Shown here piece by piece: positions 61,781 to 64,000 of a stretch of DNA of 64,000 nt. Origin of the DNA: Azolla caroliniana. Lineage: Eukaryota > Plantae > Polypodiophyta. Position 1 is the first letter of the stretch. Every line of letters starts with the position of its first letter. A program made the translations under genes and the position numbers. The DNA is taken from the NCBI GenBank assembly GCA_043228905.1, contig JBHGNT010000008.1, positions 1,116,001-1,180,000 on the forward strand. Reading direction: 5' to 3'. The notes below the pieces were generated by a model. That model made no database searches and was not told the DNA's origin. It saw only the letters and a list, made by a program, of their open reading frames with translations.

Positions 61781-64000
61781 AGCTTGATCGTGCACCAAGC
61801 CTGGAAGATCAACACCTTGTACTTGATGCACACCCGGATATGCCAGGAAGAAGTCAATGTGGCATCTGACACTGCCGGTGAGCTGTGGCACAAGAGGTTG
61901 TGCCACATGAGCCAGAAGGGAATGTGGAGAGTTGCCGAAGATAACCTCGTTCCAGAGGTGAAAGACATGCAGCTTGAGAAGTGCACCGAGTGTTTGGCAG
62001 GCAAGCAAAACCAAACCTCTTTCCAATCCCTACCATTCTCAAGTGGACACGAAATCACATCCCTACCATCGTCAAGATGGAATGCACCGATATATGCCAA
62101 GTGGACACCAAATCACATGTCGGATCACAGTACTTCGTGATGTTCAGAGATGACCACAGCCAGAAGTTGTAGGTCTCACCATTGAAGACAAAGGACGAAG
62201 TATTATCTGTCTTCAAGGAATTCCACGCGAAAGTGGAAAGGGAAACCAATTGGAACCTGAAGGCGGCTCGGGCGGACAACGGAGGCAAATATTGGGGTTA
62301 GTTCGAGGAGTACTGCCGATCGAAGGGAATTCGGCTCGAATTTTACGTGCCGAAGACACCACAGCTGAACGGATTGGCTGAAAGGATGTACCGAACTGTG
62401 ATGGAGAGAGTCCGGAGCATGCTGGCACATGCTAAGTTTTCCAAGACGTTTTGGGCTGAGGCGCTGATGACGGCGACTTATGTGATAAAGAGATCACCCT
62501 CAACACCCTTGGAAGGAGACACACCACAGAGAGTATGAACCGGTAAATACGTGTTTTATTGGCACCTGAAGGTGTTCGGCTATCTCGCCTACGTGCATGT
62601 AGCAAAGGACAAAGAGAACAAAATTGGACCCGAAGTCCCACCCATGCATATTCCTTGGATACGACGATGATGAGTTCAGCTACCGAGTGTCGGACTTGGT
62701 TGACAAGAAGGTCTTCTGGAGCTGAGACATTGTCTTCATGGAAGACAAGACCATTGCCGACTGGGAGTCAGAGAAGAAGATAACGGATTCCGGGTGGACC
62801 AATAGAGATTGGTCGGAAGATACAAGGACCCATCCGGTCAGAAGCAAGATGACACTTGAAGAACCGGCCGGATTCGGATAAGAAACTGAATCGACCGAAG
62901 AAGAAGAACCAGATACTGGGACCGGTCAAGACCCCGAATCGAATTCGGATAAAGAACAAATTGAGGAACCAGTGGTCGAGAACCTAGGAAGAAGGTATCC
63001 TCTCAAGGAGAGAAGAGCCTCTCGAAGAAGCAAAGAAACACACCCACAACTGACGGTGGTTAAGTGTCATGCAGGATGAGATGGATTCCCTACATGAGAA
63101 CCACACATACGAATTGACGGAGTTGTCGAAAGGGAAGAGAGCGGTCGGGAACAAGTGGGTGTACAAGCTAAAACCGGGAGAGACTGGAAATCCACCAAGG
63201 TACAAAGCCCGCATTGTGGTGAAGGGCTTCCAGTAGAAGAAAGGACTGGATTTCGACAAGATCTTTGCCCTGGTAGTCAAGATGACATCCATCCGCATTG
63301 TGTTGAACATTGCGTGAAGCATGGATCTCGAGGTCGAGCACCTTGACGTCAAGACAACGTTCCTGCATGGTGATCTCGAAGAAGAGATCTACATGGAACA
63401 ACCAGAGGGATTTGTCAAGAAAGGGAAGGAGCACCTAGCGTGCCGGTTGAAAAAGAGCTTCTACGGACTAAAGCAAGCTCCCTAACAATGGTATCGGAAG
63501 TTCGATTCCTTCATGACCGACCAAGGATACCACAAGATGCAGGACGACCACTGCGTGTTCATGAAGAATTTTGACGGAGGCACTTCTTGATACTCCTGCT
63601 GTATCGACAGACTAGACTAAATCAAAATCGGAAATCTAAAGAAGGACTTGAACCAGACCTTCTCAATGAAAGATCTGGGTTCGATGAGACATATATTGGG
63701 GATCCACATTGTCCGGGACCAGACAAAGAAGCTATTGTGGTTGTCACAAGAGAAGTACGCGACGAAGGTGCTCCAACGGTTTAGCATGACGAATGCGAAG
63801 CCGGACTGATCAACATTTCCCAAAAATTGCAAGTTGTTCTAAAAATAGAGTCCGAAGACTAATGCAGAGAAGTCGGAGATGATGAAGGTACCATTCGCCT
63901 CTGCCGTCGAAAGCTTGACCTACGTAATAGTGTGTACCCCGGCCGGATATCGAATATGCTATTGGAGTGGTAAGCCAATTCATGAGTAATCCGGGAAGAG

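Larger units (their letters stand above)
49601..64000 (+). mobile_element. Ty1/Copia element G (relative of Copia C), degenerate, runs off the window; hosts the hAT MITE and Gypsy F
   Basis: 5' LTR TGTTGGGAAACAGG...CTATCA at 49601-50172, PBS TGGTATAAGAG, gag similar to Copia C (RSKSRGRPTCFY), IN/RT remnants at 61781-64000. Confidence 0.88.

Overview
Eukaryotic land-plant genomic DNA: spliceosomal introns, a plant pectate lyase, TTTAGGG repeats and Copia/Gypsy elements. The transposon repertoire suggests a non-seed plant such as a fern, but that is inference. The first ~10 kb is AT-rich and holds the only host gene, a 4-exon secreted pectate lyase (3418-6137). The other ~54 kb is a deep transposon nest. 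It contains five Ty1/Copia elements or fragments, two related non-chromovirus Ty3/Gypsy elements with extra 3' ORFs, a solo LTR, an RTE-X-like LINE and a hAT-type MITE. The standout is an apparently intact 9.4-kb DNA transposon (17012-26409; 36-bp TIRs, 4-bp TCTT target duplication) inserted in a Copia RNase H region. It encodes a Sola-like DDD transposase on the minus strand. Head-to-head with it lies a 6-exon, ~974-aa gene fusing a ParB/Srx-like domain to a prokaryote-type beta-class (N6-adenine/N4-cytosine) DNA amino-methyltransferase. The first intron of that gene holds 14 copies of a 37-43-bp palindrome at 51-bp spacing, with spacers in both orientations and arm ends (AACACG) matching the transposon termini. 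Other oddities are a 7x in-frame amplification of the RT YVDD segment and Gypsy elements whose polypurine tract is replaced by a tRNA-3'-end-like sequence. All domain and family assignments come from motif recognition by eye; no database searches were run.
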